From Bacillota bacterium (GTDB taxonomy: Bacteria > Macinerneyibacteriota > Macinerneyibacteria > Macinerneyibacteriales > DSCS01), in the NCBI GenBank assembly GCA_011048995.1, contig DSCS01000029.1, forward strand, positions 5,942 to 69,941: a stretch of 64,000 nucleotides of DNA. The letters run 5' to 3'. The notes beneath the pieces were generated by a model that had not been told where the DNA came from, made no database searches, and worked only from the letters and a program-made list of their open reading frames with translations. The position numbers and the translations under genes were made by a program. Below, in pieces: positions 38,413 through 49,296 of the stretch. Positions within the stretch are counted from its first letter, which is position 1. Every line of letters starts with the position of its first letter.

Positions 38413-40842
38413 ATGTATATCGATAAAGAAAAAATACAGAATGTCAATGTCGAAGATGAGATGAAGCAGGCTTACCTGGATTATGCCATGAGTACGATCA
38501 TGGGGCGGGCTCTGCCCGATGTCAGGGACGGTTTAAAACCCGTACAGCGCCGCATCCTCTACGGGATGCAGGAACTGGGCCTTCGGTACAATAAACCCAC
38601 AAGAAAGTCGGTAAAAGTCGTCGGTGAAGTCATGGGAAACTATCATCCCCATGGTGATGCAGCGATTTACGATGCCCTGGCACGCCTGACCCAGCCCTTT
38701 ACGTATAATGTCCCTTTGCTGGACGGACAGGGAAACTTCGGTTCAATCGACGGGGACCGCCCGGCGGCTGCCCGTTATACAGAAGTCCGTTTAGCGCGGA
38801 TCTCAGAATATATACTTCAGGATCTGGATAAGGAGACTGTCGATTTCCGGCCGAACTTTGACAACTCCACAAAAGAGCCTGTCGTTATGCCGACGTTAGT
38901 CCCCAATCTGCTGCTCAACGGCTCTGCCGGCATCGCCGTCGGTATGGCCACAGAAATACCTTCTCATAATCTGAATGAGCTTATCGAAGGGCTGAAACTC
39001 CTCATTGATAACCCTGACACTGATACCAAGGCACTGATGGGGGTTATCAACGGACCTGATTTCCCTACATCCGGGGTCATCGTGGGGCGCAAAGGGATCT
39101 ATGATGTTTATACCACCGGAAGGGGAAAAATCCTTATTCGCGGTAAAATTATAAAAGAGGTCAACTCCAAGGGCAAGGTCTCCCTTGTCATCACAGAAAT
39201 TCCTTATAAAGAAAACAAGACAAAACTCATTGAATCTATTGTCGAATTGATTAAGAACGGAAAACTGGACGGTGTCAGAGACTTGCGGGATGAGACTGAC
39301 CGGAACGGCATCCGTATTGTCCTGGAACTGAAAAGTAAAGAGGATCATGATGCAGAGATCATCAGCAATAATCTCTTTAAAAGGACCAGGCTTGAATCCA
39401 GTTATTCCATGATCTTTTTGGCTCTGGTCAACGGCATACCCAAGACCATGGGATTGAAGACGATCCTGGGGCATTTTATTGAACACCGTAAAGAAGTTGT
39501 GACACGGCGGACGAAATATTTGTTGCGTAAAGCCGAAGAGCGGGCTCACATTCTGGAAGGATTGAAAATCGCATTGGCCAATATTGATGAAGTCGTCGAT
39601 ATCATTAAGAAGGCAGATGATGTCAATGAGGCGCGCTCCAAGCTCATGGAGCGATTCCTGCTCAGCGCCATTCAGGCCCAGGCCATACTAGATATGCGCC
39701 TGCAGAAGATCACCAGTCTGGAAGTGCGCAAACTGGAAGAAGAGTATTTGGAGCTGATTAAAAAAATCGCCTATTACAAAAGCGTTTTAAACAGCGAATC
39801 CTTAGTTCTGCAGATCATTAAAGAAGAGCTGGATGAATTTGGAAGTAAATTTAACATTCCCAGGAAGACCCAGATCATCGACAAGGTTAAAGAGCTTAAT
39901 GACCTGGATCTGATTCAGGAAGAGGATATGATTATTACAATAACAAACAGGGGATTTATTAAACGGGTCCCTGAATCGGTTTATAAGACACAGCGGCGCG
40001 GGGGCAAAGGCTTGTCGGCCCTTTCGACCATCGATGATGATTTTGTCCGCAAACTGTTTCTGGCCTCCAACCATGACATGCTTTTGATGTTTACCAATAA
40101 AGGGCGGGTCTATGCTCTGAATACATTGGATATCCCTGAACGAAGCCGGACAGCCCGAGGATCGTCTGTGGCGAATATTTTGACTTTAGAGAAAGACGAA
40201 TATTTATGTGACTATATCCCGGTCAAAGGGTTTAATGAGGACGAATTCTTGATCTTTGCGACCCGCCGGGGAGTCATCAAAAAAACAAGGTTAAGTGATT
40301 ACGCCAATATCAATAAAAGAGGGTTAATTGCTATCAATATTCGTGATGATGATCATCTTGTCAGTGTTATCAATGCCAAAAACGGCCAAAGCGTTATGCT
40401 TTACACGAAAAAAGCCCTGGCTATAAGAGTGAATATCGATACCATCAGGGAACAGGGCCGGGCGACCCAGGGTGTGAAGGGCGTGACTCTGGGCAAGGAT
40501 GATTATGTGATCAGCGCTGAAGGAATCAGCGATCATGACACGATTCTTTTCATCAGTGAAAAAGGGTTCAGCAAGAGGACAAAGGCAGCGGAGTTTAAAA
40601 TACAGAACAGAGGAGGAAAGGGCCTGATCGCTATGAAGCTGACACCCAAAACCGGACGCCTGGCCGGAGCCCTGGTCGTTTCCGACGGGGATGACCTTTT
40701 CGGCATCACCCAGAAAGGGCAAATCGTCAGGGTCAAACTTGAAGAAATCAAGATCCAGGGGCGTTCGACCATGGGGGTTAAGTTTATTTCTCTTCATGAT
40801 GATGATCTGCTGCGGGATATTTCCCGGTGTATGGAACGCTAA
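38413..40842 (+). CDS. gyrA: DNA gyrase subunit A.
   Basis: Active-site region GNYHPHGDAAIYDALARLTQ and the catalytic Tyr region RYTEVRL. C-terminal beta-pinwheel repeats. 809 aa. Confidence 0.95.
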   Translation: MYIDKEKIQNVNVEDEMKQAYLDYAMSTIMGRALPDVRDGLKPVQRRILYGMQELGLRYNKPTRKSVKVVGEVMGNYHPHGDAAIYDALARLTQPFTYNVPLLDGQGNFGSIDGDRPAAARYTEVRLARISEYILQDLDKETVDFRPNFDNSTKEPVVMPTLVPNLLLNGSAGIAVGMATEIPSHNLNELIEGLKLLIDNPDTDTKALMGVINGPDFPTSGVIVGRKGIYDVYTTGRGKILIRGKIIKEVNSKGKVSLVITEIPYKENKTKLIESIVELIKNGKLDGVRDLRDETDRNGIRIVLELKSKEDHDAEIISNNLFKRTRLESSYSMIFLALVNGIPKTMGLKTILGHFIEHRKEVVTRRTKYLLRKAEERAHILEGLKIALANIDEVVDIIKKADDVNEARSKLMERFLLSAIQAQAILDMRLQKITSLEVRKLEEEYLELIKKIAYYKSVLNSESLVLQIIKEELDEFGSKFNIPRKTQIIDKVKELNDLDLIQEEDMIITITNRGFIKRVPESVYKTQRRGGKGLSALSTIDDDFVRKLFLASNHDMLLMFTNKGRVYALNTLDIPERSRTARGSSVANILTLEKDEYLCDYIPVKGFNEDEFLIFATRRGVIKKTRLSDYANINKRGLIAINIRDDDHLVSVINAKNGQSVMLYTKKALAIRVNIDTIREQGRATQGVKGVTLGKDDYVISAEGISDHDTILFISEKGFSKRTKAAEFKIQNRGGKGLIAMKLTPKTGRLAGALVVSDGDDLFGITQKGQIVRVKLEEIKIQGRSTMGVKFISLHDDDLLRDISRCMER

Positions 40843-40906
40843 AAGCAGAAAGAACTTGAAGAGTGAGGGACAGCCCTTATAATGGAGAATAGACAAAGGG
40901 GGAACT

Positions 40907-41236
40907 ATGTGGCTGGTTAAAGCTTTTTTTTTCCTGTTGCTCTTGTTTGTTATCGTTTTTTTTAGTGTGCAGAATGCCTCAGATATGGTGATGCTGCGCT
41001 TCTTCGGTTATGAATCGGCTGAAATGCCTCTTATCGAAGCTCTTCTTTTCGCTTTTTTGGCCGGATTATCCGTTGCCGGGCTTTTTGCATTATGGAAGTA
41101 TTTCTCATTGCTCAAAAAGTATAAAGCAGCGCTGGAAGAAAATAATAAACTTGTCGATGAAATCGGTGCTTTGCGGAAAATAAGCTTTGATGATTCTGAA
41201 CAGGGAGATTCCGAAGAGCTTTCCCGCGGCAAATAA
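40907..41236 (+). CDS. lapA: LapA-like (DUF1049) inner-membrane protein.
   Basis: Two TM helices followed by a short coiled-coil (KKYKAALEENNKLVDEIGALRK). 109 aa. Confidence 0.6.
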   Translation: MWLVKAFFFLLLLFVIVFFSVQNASDMVMLRFFGYESAEMPLIEALLFAFLAGLSVAGLFALWKYFSLLKKYKAALEENNKLVDEIGALRKISFDDSEQGDSEELSRGK

Positions 41237-41247
41237 GGAGCGTCATA

Positions 41248-42414
41248 ATGAATCTTTTTCTCATTGGTGCCATCATTGTGGTGGGCGTGGTTCTTTTTGT
41301 CTTTTACGGGATGAAAAGAGAAGAGGAGAAAAATGAAAAGAGGGTGGCAAAACACAGACTCTCCCGCAACTTGATCAATGATTATTATTTGGATATCATT
41401 GAATATGTTACGACTCAGTTTTATGAAAAAGCCGGGGTGACGCTCCGTGAGCTTATAGACAAGAACCCGGATGAATATCCGGCGTATCTCATTCTCAGTT
41501 ATATTCTGCGTAAACAGGGAAAAGCGGATAAAGCTCTTCAGGTCGATAAAACTATCTTTGCCAATAAGACAGCGCTTTCCCGTCGAGGGCTTAAAGCCAT
41601 CGAAAAAAGCCTTCTCATCGATTATATGGAAAACGGGATGTACAAGACCGCTTTGAAAACCATTGAAGAGGATGAAAAGGAATTCGCCGGGGATGAGTTT
41701 ATTTATGCTTTGGGCCGCGATATTGCTTATAAATTAGGCCAGTTTGAAAAAGCCCTTTATTATGCCGATCGGCTTTTGGACATGCGCAAGATCAAAGACA
41801 AAAGCGAATTGGGGTATATTGCTGCTGACATGGCCGAAGAAGCTCTCTTTCGTCAAGAGTTTGACGGAGCCGCACGTTTGATCAAAGAGGGGAAAAAGTA
41901 TAATAAGGGGTGTGAGCGCCTTTATTATTTAGAAGGATACTATTACTACTTGAAGGGAGACAAAGAGAAGGGGCGCCATCTTTTTATTAAAGCCCTGGAG
42001 ATGAAACCGGGTACAATTTTTCATGTTAAAGATTATTTAAGGGAGGTCTTCGAAGAGGATGACACGGCAATAGAAGCTGCCGTTGCTCCTGTGTTGAAAA
42101 AACATGTAGAAAACGCTCCGCTGCATGTCTTTTACAGTATGATCCTGAAAAACCTGGGCCGTTATAACGAAGCTATTGAAGAATTGTTGGAGGCCATTCT
42201 TTATCAGCCCGATTCCCGATATATTCTCTTTCTCATGCTGGACCTGTACATCGAGAATGAAAATTGGGGAAAGGTCAAAGAGATCCGGGATGAACTGAAG
42301 GGATTGGAGACAAAAAGGAGCTTTTTCTGCACGCAATGCGGCGCAGAAACCGATAAAATGGCATGGCATTGTGATTCCTGTGGAAAATGGGGGGAGATCA
42401 CGGTTCATCTATGA
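41248..42414 (+). CDS. lapB: LapB/YciM-like TPR protein with a C-terminal rubredoxin-type zinc ribbon.
   Basis: N-terminal TM helix, TPR repeats, and C-terminal CTQCG...HCDSCGKWG (CxxC...CxxC). Confidence 0.7.
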   Translation: MNLFLIGAIIVVGVVLFVFYGMKREEEKNEKRVAKHRLSRNLINDYYLDIIEYVTTQFYEKAGVTLRELIDKNPDEYPAYLILSYILRKQGKADKALQVDKTIFANKTALSRRGLKAIEKSLLIDYMENGMYKTALKTIEEDEKEFAGDEFIYALGRDIAYKLGQFEKALYYADRLLDMRKIKDKSELGYIAADMAEEALFRQEFDGAARLIKEGKKYNKGCERLYYLEGYYYYLKGDKEKGRHLFIKALEMKPGTIFHVKDYLREVFEEDDTAIEAAVAPVLKKHVENAPLHVFYSMILKNLGRYNEAIEELLEAILYQPDSRYILFLMLDLYIENENWGKVKEIRDELKGLETKRSFFCTQCGAETDKMAWHCDSCGKWGEITVHL

Positions 42415-45002
42415 AGGGAATGAAAGATACACCCCTGAACAGGCAATATGCCGCAGCGAAGAGTCAGTACCCTGATGCTCTCATTTTTTTCCGTGTCGGT
42501 GATTTTTATGAACTCTTCTACGATGATGCCAAGACCGTTTCCCGCGAATTGAATCTTGTCCTGACATCCCGTCAGGAGGGGCAGCCCATGGCCGGAGTCC
42601 CTTATCATTCTGTAGAGCGCTACTTGAAAAAACTCGTCGAAAAAGGATTCAAGATCGCCATCTGTGAACAGCTGGAGGATCCCAAGACGGCAAAGGGGAT
42701 TGTAAAACGTGATGTTGTGAAAGTCATTACTCCCGGAACATGGGTCGATGAGGAAAAAGATACTTATCTGGCCGCTTTCTACTGTGATAAAGAAGAAACA
42801 GGCTATGCATATGTGGACATTGCTTTAGGAAAGGTCTGTGCGGGACAGGTATCCGACACTGCGGGACTTCTGAATGTGTTTAAAAAGATCGAACCGTCAG
42901 AGATCATTATCCCCGAGGGTGATTCTGCAGCTCTCGGTATTATCAAGACACATTTTCGGAATGCCTTTGTGACCACTTATCCGATCTGGGAATATGACCC
43001 GGAAATCGCCATCAACAGGATAAAACGTTATTTCAATGTGGTCTCTCTGGTCCCCTTTGGTATTCATCATTCTCTGTCAGTGATCGCCGCTTCATCAATT
43101 CTGTTGAAACATGTCGAAGCGACTCAAAAAGGCGTCATGACAAACATCAGTAAAATTGAAAATGAACAGGAAGAGAAATTTGTCGGAATCGATGCCAAGA
43201 CCTGGCGGAACCTGGAAATCTTTTCTCCCCTGCAGGAAGGCCCTGACACTTCTCTTTTTTTCGTACTCAAGGCGACGGAGACCAAGATGGGGGAGAGGAA
43301 CCTGAAAAAATGGTTCCGCAGGCCTTTGCGTGACCCGGCTGAAATGGAACGACGCTGGGTGGCGGTGGATTATCTTATTAATCATCGGCGCCAGCGGGAA
43401 TCGTTGGGGAAATTATTGGCAGATATACCTGATTTTGAAAAAGCGCTGGGAAAGATATCCTATAACCGGGGGCGTGCACGGGACCTTCTCCAGATCAAAT
43501 CCGGCCTGTGTCACTTAGGGCAGATAAAGGAGCAGCTTTATGAGTCAGATATTGCTCTTTTAGAAGAGATCGCTTCCCATATTGACCCGTTGTTTGCCTT
43601 GTATGACTTATTGGAAAAAAGCATCAATGAAGATTTAACGGCATCACCCCAAAACCTCAATTTGATAAAAAAGGGATATGATGAGCGCATTGATGAGCTC
43701 AAGGGTTTGAAAAGCCACAGCAAAAAAATACTTTTGAATATTCAAGAAAAAGAAAAAGAGAGAACCGGGATCCCTACGTTGAAGGTTAAATACAATAAAG
43801 TGTTCGGTTATTTTATTGAGGTCTCGAAAGCGTATACCGGCAAAGTCCCGGACACTTATGAGCGTCGGCAGACGCTGACCGGGTCTGAACGGTATATTAT
43901 TCCGGAATTAAAAGAGTGGGAAGAAAAGATCCTTTGTGCCGATGAAGAGATCGCTGCCTTAGAACAGGAAGCCTTTGACCGGATCCGTGAAGAGGTTTTG
44001 CGGTTTACAGCCGAACTATTGGAAAATGCCGGAGCTGTTGGAGAGACAGATACCCTTTACTCTTTCGCCGTAAAAAGTTTAGAAAGAGGGTATACGCGCC
44101 CACGGGTCACAGATACGGATCTTTTAGAGATTACCGGAGGACGCCATCCTGTAGTGGAAACTGTCCTGAAAGAGGAACCTTTTGTTCCTAACGAGCTTTT
44201 TATGGATGAGGAGAAAAGGATATATTTAGTGACCGGACCCAATATGGCAGGAAAATCCACCTATCTCCGTCAGAATGCCCTGCTTCTCCTTATGGCCCAG
44301 ATGGGCTGTTTTGTCCCCGCGGAATCAATGCGGTTTTCTCCGGTGGACAAGATTTTTTCCCGGGTGGGTGCTTCGGATAATCTGGCCGGCGGAGAAAGCA
44401 CATTTATGGTGGAGATGCTGGAAACCTCTCATATTCTCCGCAATGCGACAGAAAAGAGTTTTATCATCCTGGACGAGATCGGGCGTGGCACCAGCACTTA
44501 TGACGGCCTCTCATTGGCCTGGGCCATTACAGAGTACATACATAAGCATATTTATGCCCGGACCCTTTTTGCCACCCATTATCATGAACTGACAGAGCTT
44601 CCTGATCTCTATCCGCAAATCCATAATTTGAATATTCAGGTCAAAGAATGGAATGACCGCGTGGTCTTTTTACGAAAGATCGAAGAGGGCCGGGCTGATA
44701 AGAGTTATGGGATTCAGGTCGCCCGTTTGGCCGGCATCCCTGATTCAGTCATTGACCGAGCCCGTGAAATTCTTTTTAATTTGGAAAGTGAAAGTTACAA
44801 AGAAGGTGTCCCTTCCCTGGTGTATGATAAAGAACGAGCGGCAGGGGTTAATATCCAGGGAGATCTTTTCAGCCGTTCTTTTCATGAGCGCATTGTGAAT
44901 CAATTGAGATATCTCGATCTGAACACACTTTCTCCCGTAGAACTGATGTTCGAGGTCAAGAAGATCAAAAAAGAGATCGATGAAGCAGATACACGCCCTT
45001 GA
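42411..45002 (+). CDS. mutS: DNA mismatch repair protein MutS.
   Basis: N-terminal TPLNRQYAAAKSQYPDALIFFRVGDFYELF. Walker A GPNMAGKST. The ATPase STFMVEM motif. The ATGA start overlaps the lapB stop. Confidence 0.9.
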   Translation: MKGMKDTPLNRQYAAAKSQYPDALIFFRVGDFYELFYDDAKTVSRELNLVLTSRQEGQPMAGVPYHSVERYLKKLVEKGFKIAICEQLEDPKTAKGIVKRDVVKVITPGTWVDEEKDTYLAAFYCDKEETGYAYVDIALGKVCAGQVSDTAGLLNVFKKIEPSEIIIPEGDSAALGIIKTHFRNAFVTTYPIWEYDPEIAINRIKRYFNVVSLVPFGIHHSLSVIAASSILLKHVEATQKGVMTNISKIENEQEEKFVGIDAKTWRNLEIFSPLQEGPDTSLFFVLKATETKMGERNLKKWFRRPLRDPAEMERRWVAVDYLINHRRQRESLGKLLADIPDFEKALGKISYNRGRARDLLQIKSGLCHLGQIKEQLYESDIALLEEIASHIDPLFALYDLLEKSINEDLTASPQNLNLIKKGYDERIDELKGLKSHSKKILLNIQEKEKERTGIPTLKVKYNKVFGYFIEVSKAYTGKVPDTYERRQTLTGSERYIIPELKEWEEKILCADEEIAALEQEAFDRIREEVLRFTAELLENAGAVGETDTLYSFAVKSLERGYTRPRVTDTDLLEITGGRHPVVETVLKEEPFVPNELFMDEEKRIYLVTGPNMAGKSTYLRQNALLLLMAQMGCFVPAESMRFSPVDKIFSRVGASDNLAGGESTFMVEMLETSHILRNATEKSFIILDEIGRGTSTYDGLSLAWAITEYIHKHIYARTLFATHYHELTELPDLYPQIHNLNIQVKEWNDRVVFLRKIEEGRADKSYGIQVARLAGIPDSVIDRAREILFNLESESYKEGVPSLVYDKERAAGVNIQGDLFSRSFHERIVNQLRYLDLNTLSPVELMFEVKKIKKEIDEADTRP

Positions 45003-46692
45003 CAAACATACTGTTAATAAGATTGCAGCCGGTGAAGTGGTGGAGCGCCCCCGTTCTGTGGTTAAAGAGTTGGTTGAGAATGCCCTGGACGCCGGCGCTG
45101 ATACTGTCACTGTGACAATAGGAGCTTCTCCTTCAGACTTTTTAGAGGTGTCTGATAACGGTGACGGGATACCCTTTAAGGATATCCCCCTGGCTTTTCA
45201 GCGCCATGCGACCTCTAAAATAATTTCCATCGATGATCTGGAGTCATTGAACAGCCTGGGCTTCCGGGGCGAAGCCCTCCCCAGTATTGCTTCTGTCTCC
45301 CGCTGCACCTTGATTACACGCAGCAAAGAGGAGGCGCATGGGGGAAAAGTAGAGATCGTCGGGGGGAAACAGACATTGTTCGAAGCTGCAGGAAGGGGAT
45401 ATGGTACCACAGTCCGTGTTGAAAACCTTTTTTATAATGTCCCGGCCCGGCGAAAATTTCTGAAGACAGCTGCTTATGAGGCTCGCCTCATACGGCAGTT
45501 TATGGAATCGACGGCTCTTTTGACTGCAGCCGGTGGAGTGGAATTGATTTTAAAGCAGGAAGAAAAAGAGATCCTGCATGTCAGAAAAGAGGAAGGGTTG
45601 CATGAGCGGATTGAAGCTCTCTTCGGGGAAGCAGTAGCCCGCTCGCTGACCCCTGTCCAGCGCCGCAGCGGAGAATCAGCTGTTTCCGGTTTTGTCAGTA
45701 ATTCGGATGCTGTCAACCGAAATTCGGCCCATATGTATTTTTTTGTGAATGGACGGCCCGTCAAAGATAGAAGCTTGGTCTTTACAGTCAAAAATGCCAT
45801 GCAGGAATTGCTTCCGCCGGGCTATTACCCTTTTACGTTTCTCTTTGTGCTGCTGCCGCCCGATAAGATAGACGTGAATGTCCATCCTCAGAAAAGCGAG
45901 GTCCGTTTTGCCGAAGAGAGGCATGTTTACGGGAATATCCATAAGGCCATCAGAGAAGCCTTCGCCGCTATTGAAGGGATACCCGGAGCGGACGGTGTCG
46001 CTGAAGAATTACAGGCCTGGCATGACGATATCCGGGACGAATCCTTTTATAATCGAAGCGGTGAAGCGGGGCAAACCTCTTTCCCGGAAATGGAGGGGAG
46101 CGCTTTTTTCTCCGCGTCCCGGGAGATCACCTTGGGAAATTATCTCTTCACTGCAATATTGTTTCGAAGGTATCTTCTTTTTAGTGCGAAAGAATCGCTT
46201 CTTCTGATTGATTTTCACGCTTTAAATGAAAGGCTTGTCTATGACAGGCTGAAAGGAGAAGCAGGACAATGCGGCCGTGCGAAAATCATTCCGGAAGCGC
46301 TTTCTTTGGGGGCGGCCTATACAGCTCTTATTTCATCCTATCAAAAAGAACTTTTTGAGTTAGGCTTTCTCATACGCCCCTTTGGAGAGGATACTGTCGT
46401 CGTGGAGGAAATCCCTGATGCCTTTTCTGCTCCTCCCGATCTTGAGGCTTTGATCCGGGACTTATGCCAGGTTTTGGAGGAAGGTGGAGAGCCGTCTCAT
46501 TACCGGGATGCTTTAGCCAGACGGGCTTGCAAAGCCTCTCTCCGTACGGGAGACCGGCTGAGTTCAGAGGACATCCGCTTTTTTGCATCGGCTTTGGAAA
46601 CTGGCGGATTTACCATGACCTGCCCCCATGGTCGTCCTGTTGCACGGATTCTTGCACAGGAAGAAATCGACAGGTATTTCAAAAGATCGTAG
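44980..46692 (+). CDS. mutL: DNA mismatch repair protein MutL.
   Basis: GHKL motifs IAAGEVVERP and ELVENALDAGA. C-terminal dimerisation domain. 570 aa. Confidence 0.9.
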   Translation: MKQIHALDKHTVNKIAAGEVVERPRSVVKELVENALDAGADTVTVTIGASPSDFLEVSDNGDGIPFKDIPLAFQRHATSKIISIDDLESLNSLGFRGEALPSIASVSRCTLITRSKEEAHGGKVEIVGGKQTLFEAAGRGYGTTVRVENLFYNVPARRKFLKTAAYEARLIRQFMESTALLTAAGGVELILKQEEKEILHVRKEEGLHERIEALFGEAVARSLTPVQRRSGESAVSGFVSNSDAVNRNSAHMYFFVNGRPVKDRSLVFTVKNAMQELLPPGYYPFTFLFVLLPPDKIDVNVHPQKSEVRFAEERHVYGNIHKAIREAFAAIEGIPGADGVAEELQAWHDDIRDESFYNRSGEAGQTSFPEMEGSAFFSASREITLGNYLFTAILFRRYLLFSAKESLLLIDFHALNERLVYDRLKGEAGQCGRAKIIPEALSLGAAYTALISSYQKELFELGFLIRPFGEDTVVVEEIPDAFSAPPDLEALIRDLCQVLEEGGEPSHYRDALARRACKASLRTGDRLSSEDIRFFASALETGGFTMTCPHGRPVARILAQEEIDRYFKRS

Positions 46693-46711
46693 CATAGGAA
46701 TAAGGAGGATG

Positions 46712-47272
46712 ATGGAAAGCCGGGACCTTATGACAAAAGAACGCATTGAAAGAGCCGCTGTTGCGCTCTTTTCACGTTTAGGATATGACGGCGTCGGGAT
46801 GAGGGCAATTGCGGATGAGGCGAATATCGCTGTCTCTGTCATCTATTATTATTTTAAAAACAAAGAAGTCTTGTATCGGGATGTCGTTCTTTCTTTTTTT
46901 GAAAGGGTCATGGAAGAGGCAAAACATTATATTGAAAGCCGTCAGGGAGAGGAATTAAAGGTCCTCGCTTTCGGCCTGCTTGAATCGGCCCTGAATTTAT
47001 CGGTTGAGCAGAAAAGCCGGCTGAAGATCGCTGTCTATGAGATCATGGGTTTCGGGAAAACGAATCTCTTAAGAGCGGAACTTAACGCTCTCTATAAACA
47101 ATATGAGATGATATTTTATTCTTTTTTTTGGGAAAAACTGAAAAGGAAAGAAGAGAGTTTCGCATCATCTCGCGTGCTTTTCTCTTATCTATCAGGAAAA
47201 GTCGCCGAAACCGTCATCAAAGGAACATTGCCTATGGATACCATTGAAAGCGATCTGTCCGTCTTGTGTTGA
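46712..47272 (+). CDS. TetR/AcrR-family transcriptional regulator.
   Basis: HTH region AAVALFSRLGYDGVGMRAIADEANIAVSVIYYYFKNKE. AGGAGG RBS. The start is ambiguous between the tandem ATGs at 46709 and 46712. Confidence 0.75.
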   Translation: MESRDLMTKERIERAAVALFSRLGYDGVGMRAIADEANIAVSVIYYYFKNKEVLYRDVVLSFFERVMEEAKHYIESRQGEELKVLAFGLLESALNLSVEQKSRLKIAVYEIMGFGKTNLLRAELNALYKQYEMIFYSFFWEKLKRKEESFASSRVLFSYLSGKVAETVIKGTLPMDTIESDLSVLC

Positions 47273-47297
47273 GGCCGTTTTTGGTTTTAATATTTGC

Positions 47298-47326
47298 TTG
47301 ACACCCTATTCATTGTGTGGTAGTTT
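47298..47326 (+). promoter_or_regulatory. Sigma70-like promoter for rplU-rpmA-obg.
   Basis: TTGACA at 47298-47303, a 17-nt spacer, then TGgTAGTTT extended -10 at 47318-47326. Confidence 0.4.
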
Positions 47327-47350
47327 CTTTTTGCAGAAGAAACAGGGGGT

Positions 47351-47665
47351 ATGAAGATGTATGCAGTAATCAAAACTGGCGGAAAACAGTATCTTGTCAG
47401 GGAGAACGACAAGATTTTTATTGAAAAGATCGATAAAGCCGTTGGTGAATCTGTAGAGTTCACCCCGATTATGGTCAATGACGGTACAAAAATGATTTCA
47501 GATTCAAAAGGACTGGAAAACGCTAAGGTAGTCTGTAAAGTCAAAGAGCATTTTCGCGGCAAAAAAGTCAAAGTGTACTATTTCAGACGCAGAAAAGACT
47601 CGGACAAGACCATCGGACACAGACAAAATATGGTGACTTTGGTCGTCGAGTCCATTACCAAATAG
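47351..47665 (+). CDS. rplU: 50S ribosomal protein L21.
   Basis: MYAVIKTGGKQYLV... is the classic L21 N-terminus. Confidence 0.9.
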   Translation: MKMYAVIKTGGKQYLVRENDKIFIEKIDKAVGESVEFTPIMVNDGTKMISDSKGLENAKVVCKVKEHFRGKKVKVYYFRRRKDSDKTIGHRQNMVTLVVESITK

Positions 47666-47677
47666 GGGAGGTGGCAT

Positions 47678-47929
47678 ATGGCTCATAAAAAAGGGGTTGG
47701 AAGCAGTCGAAACGGCCGTGACAGTGAATCCAAACGCCTTGGAATCAAACGTTACAGCGGGCAGAATGTCTTAGCCGGCAATATTATCGTTCGCCAAAGG
47801 GGAACGAAATACAAACCGGGCCTTAATGTCGGCCTGGGGAGAGATTACACCATTTATTCTCTTATTGACGGAGTCGTAAGCTTCTCAACGCAACGCGGAA
47901 GAAGCGTCGTTAACGTTGAATCCAAGTAA
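47678..47929 (+). CDS. rpmA: 50S ribosomal protein L27.
   Basis: [29 protein letters not shown]. 83 aa. Confidence 0.95.
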   Translation: MAHKKGVGSSRNGRDSESKRLGIKRYSGQNVLAGNIIVRQRGTKYKPGLNVGLGRDYTIYSLIDGVVSFSTQRGRSVVNVESK

Positions 47930-47938
47930 TTTCATCAC

Positions 47939-49198
47939 ATGTTCATAGATCGTGCTAAGATTTACGTCCGGGGCGGTTCCGGAGGCCCCGGATGTCTTAG
48001 TTTTAGACGGGAAAAGTATATTCCCAAAGGAGGCCCCGACGGCGGGAACGGCGGACGGGGAGGGAATGTCATCTTTACTGTCAGCCCGTCAGTCAAGACT
48101 CTTTATGATGTCCGCTTTCATCCGCATATCCGTGCAGGGAACGGGGCTCCCGGTGAGCCTTCTCACCGTTTCGGCCGGGACGGGAAAGATCTGAAGGTCT
48201 TAGTCCCTCCCGGAACCATGGTCTATACGGAAGAGGGAGAACTTTTGGCTGATCTCTACGGGGAAAATGATTTTTATATCGCGGCCAAAGGTGGCCGGGG
48301 AGGGCGGGGCAATGCCGCCTTTCTTTCTAACTCCAACCGCGCCCCTTATATCAGGGAGTTGGGGGAGCCGGGTGAAGAGCTGACACTTATTCTTGAGTTG
48401 AAGCTGATCGCCGATGTCGGCCTTATCGGACTTCCCAATGCCGGGAAATCCACTCTCCTGTCTGTTTTGAGCCGCGCTAATCCGAAAATCGCCGCGTACC
48501 CTTTTACAACCATCGAACCCAATTTGGGTGCAGTTGTCTCGGAAAGGGGCTTTAGTTTTGTCGTGGCCGATTTGCCCGGTCTTATTGAAGGAGCCAGCCG
48601 CGGGACAGGACTGGGGGACCGTTTTCTCAAGCATGCAGAACGTAACCGGCTGCTTGTACATCTGGTAGACATGGGGGCCGTCGAGGGGCGGGACCCTGTG
48701 GATGATTACCGGGTCATTCAAAAGGAACTGTCTCATTATGATGAAACCCTGGCGGAAAAGACTTTTCTTGTCGTTGCCAATAAAATGGATGTGACAGGAG
48801 CAGACGAGAATTTAAAAAGGTTCAAAGAGAGTCTCGGAATAGACCCTTTCCCTGTCTCTGCAGCAACGCAAGAAGGAATCAAAGAATTAAAAAATCACAT
48901 TATCACAGCATTGGAGGCTTTGCCGCCGGTGACTGTAAAAATTCCTGAGAAGATCATTGTGTATGAAGATAAAAGAAAATTTACCCTTTCCAAGGAGGAT
49001 GATGTCTTCTTTGTTGATGGTGTTTATATCCGGAAAACCATACAGATGACAGATTTTCATTTAGAAGCCAGTGTCCGGCGCTGTACAGATATTATGGAGA
49101 AAATAGGTATTTTCCAAGCTCTAAAAGAGGCTGGGGCCCGTGAAGGCGATACTGTGGTGGTTGCCGGCTCCTACGAGTTTTTTTACCGGGCCGATTAA
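47939..49198 (+). CDS. obg: GTPase Obg/CgtA.
   Basis: Gly-rich N-terminal Obg fold GGSGGPGCLSFRREKYIPKGGPDGGNGGRGGNV. G motifs GLPNAGKST and DLPGLIEGA. C-terminal OCT (Obg C-terminal) domain. Confidence 0.9.
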   Translation: MFIDRAKIYVRGGSGGPGCLSFRREKYIPKGGPDGGNGGRGGNVIFTVSPSVKTLYDVRFHPHIRAGNGAPGEPSHRFGRDGKDLKVLVPPGTMVYTEEGELLADLYGENDFYIAAKGGRGGRGNAAFLSNSNRAPYIRELGEPGEELTLILELKLIADVGLIGLPNAGKSTLLSVLSRANPKIAAYPFTTIEPNLGAVVSERGFSFVVADLPGLIEGASRGTGLGDRFLKHAERNRLLVHLVDMGAVEGRDPVDDYRVIQKELSHYDETLAEKTFLVVANKMDVTGADENLKRFKESLGIDPFPVSAATQEGIKELKNHIITALEALPPVTVKIPEKIIVYEDKRKFTLSKEDDVFFVDGVYIRKTIQMTDFHLEASVRRCTDIMEKIGIFQALKEAGAREGDTVVVAGSYEFFYRAD

Positions 49199-49296
49199 AT
49201 CATTCTTGAAGATTATCCCCTTATATGCTATATTTCAAAGTGTACTGAGATAATCATCCCTTAAAAGTGACCTTATCGGGAAGCTGAGGAGGAAAT

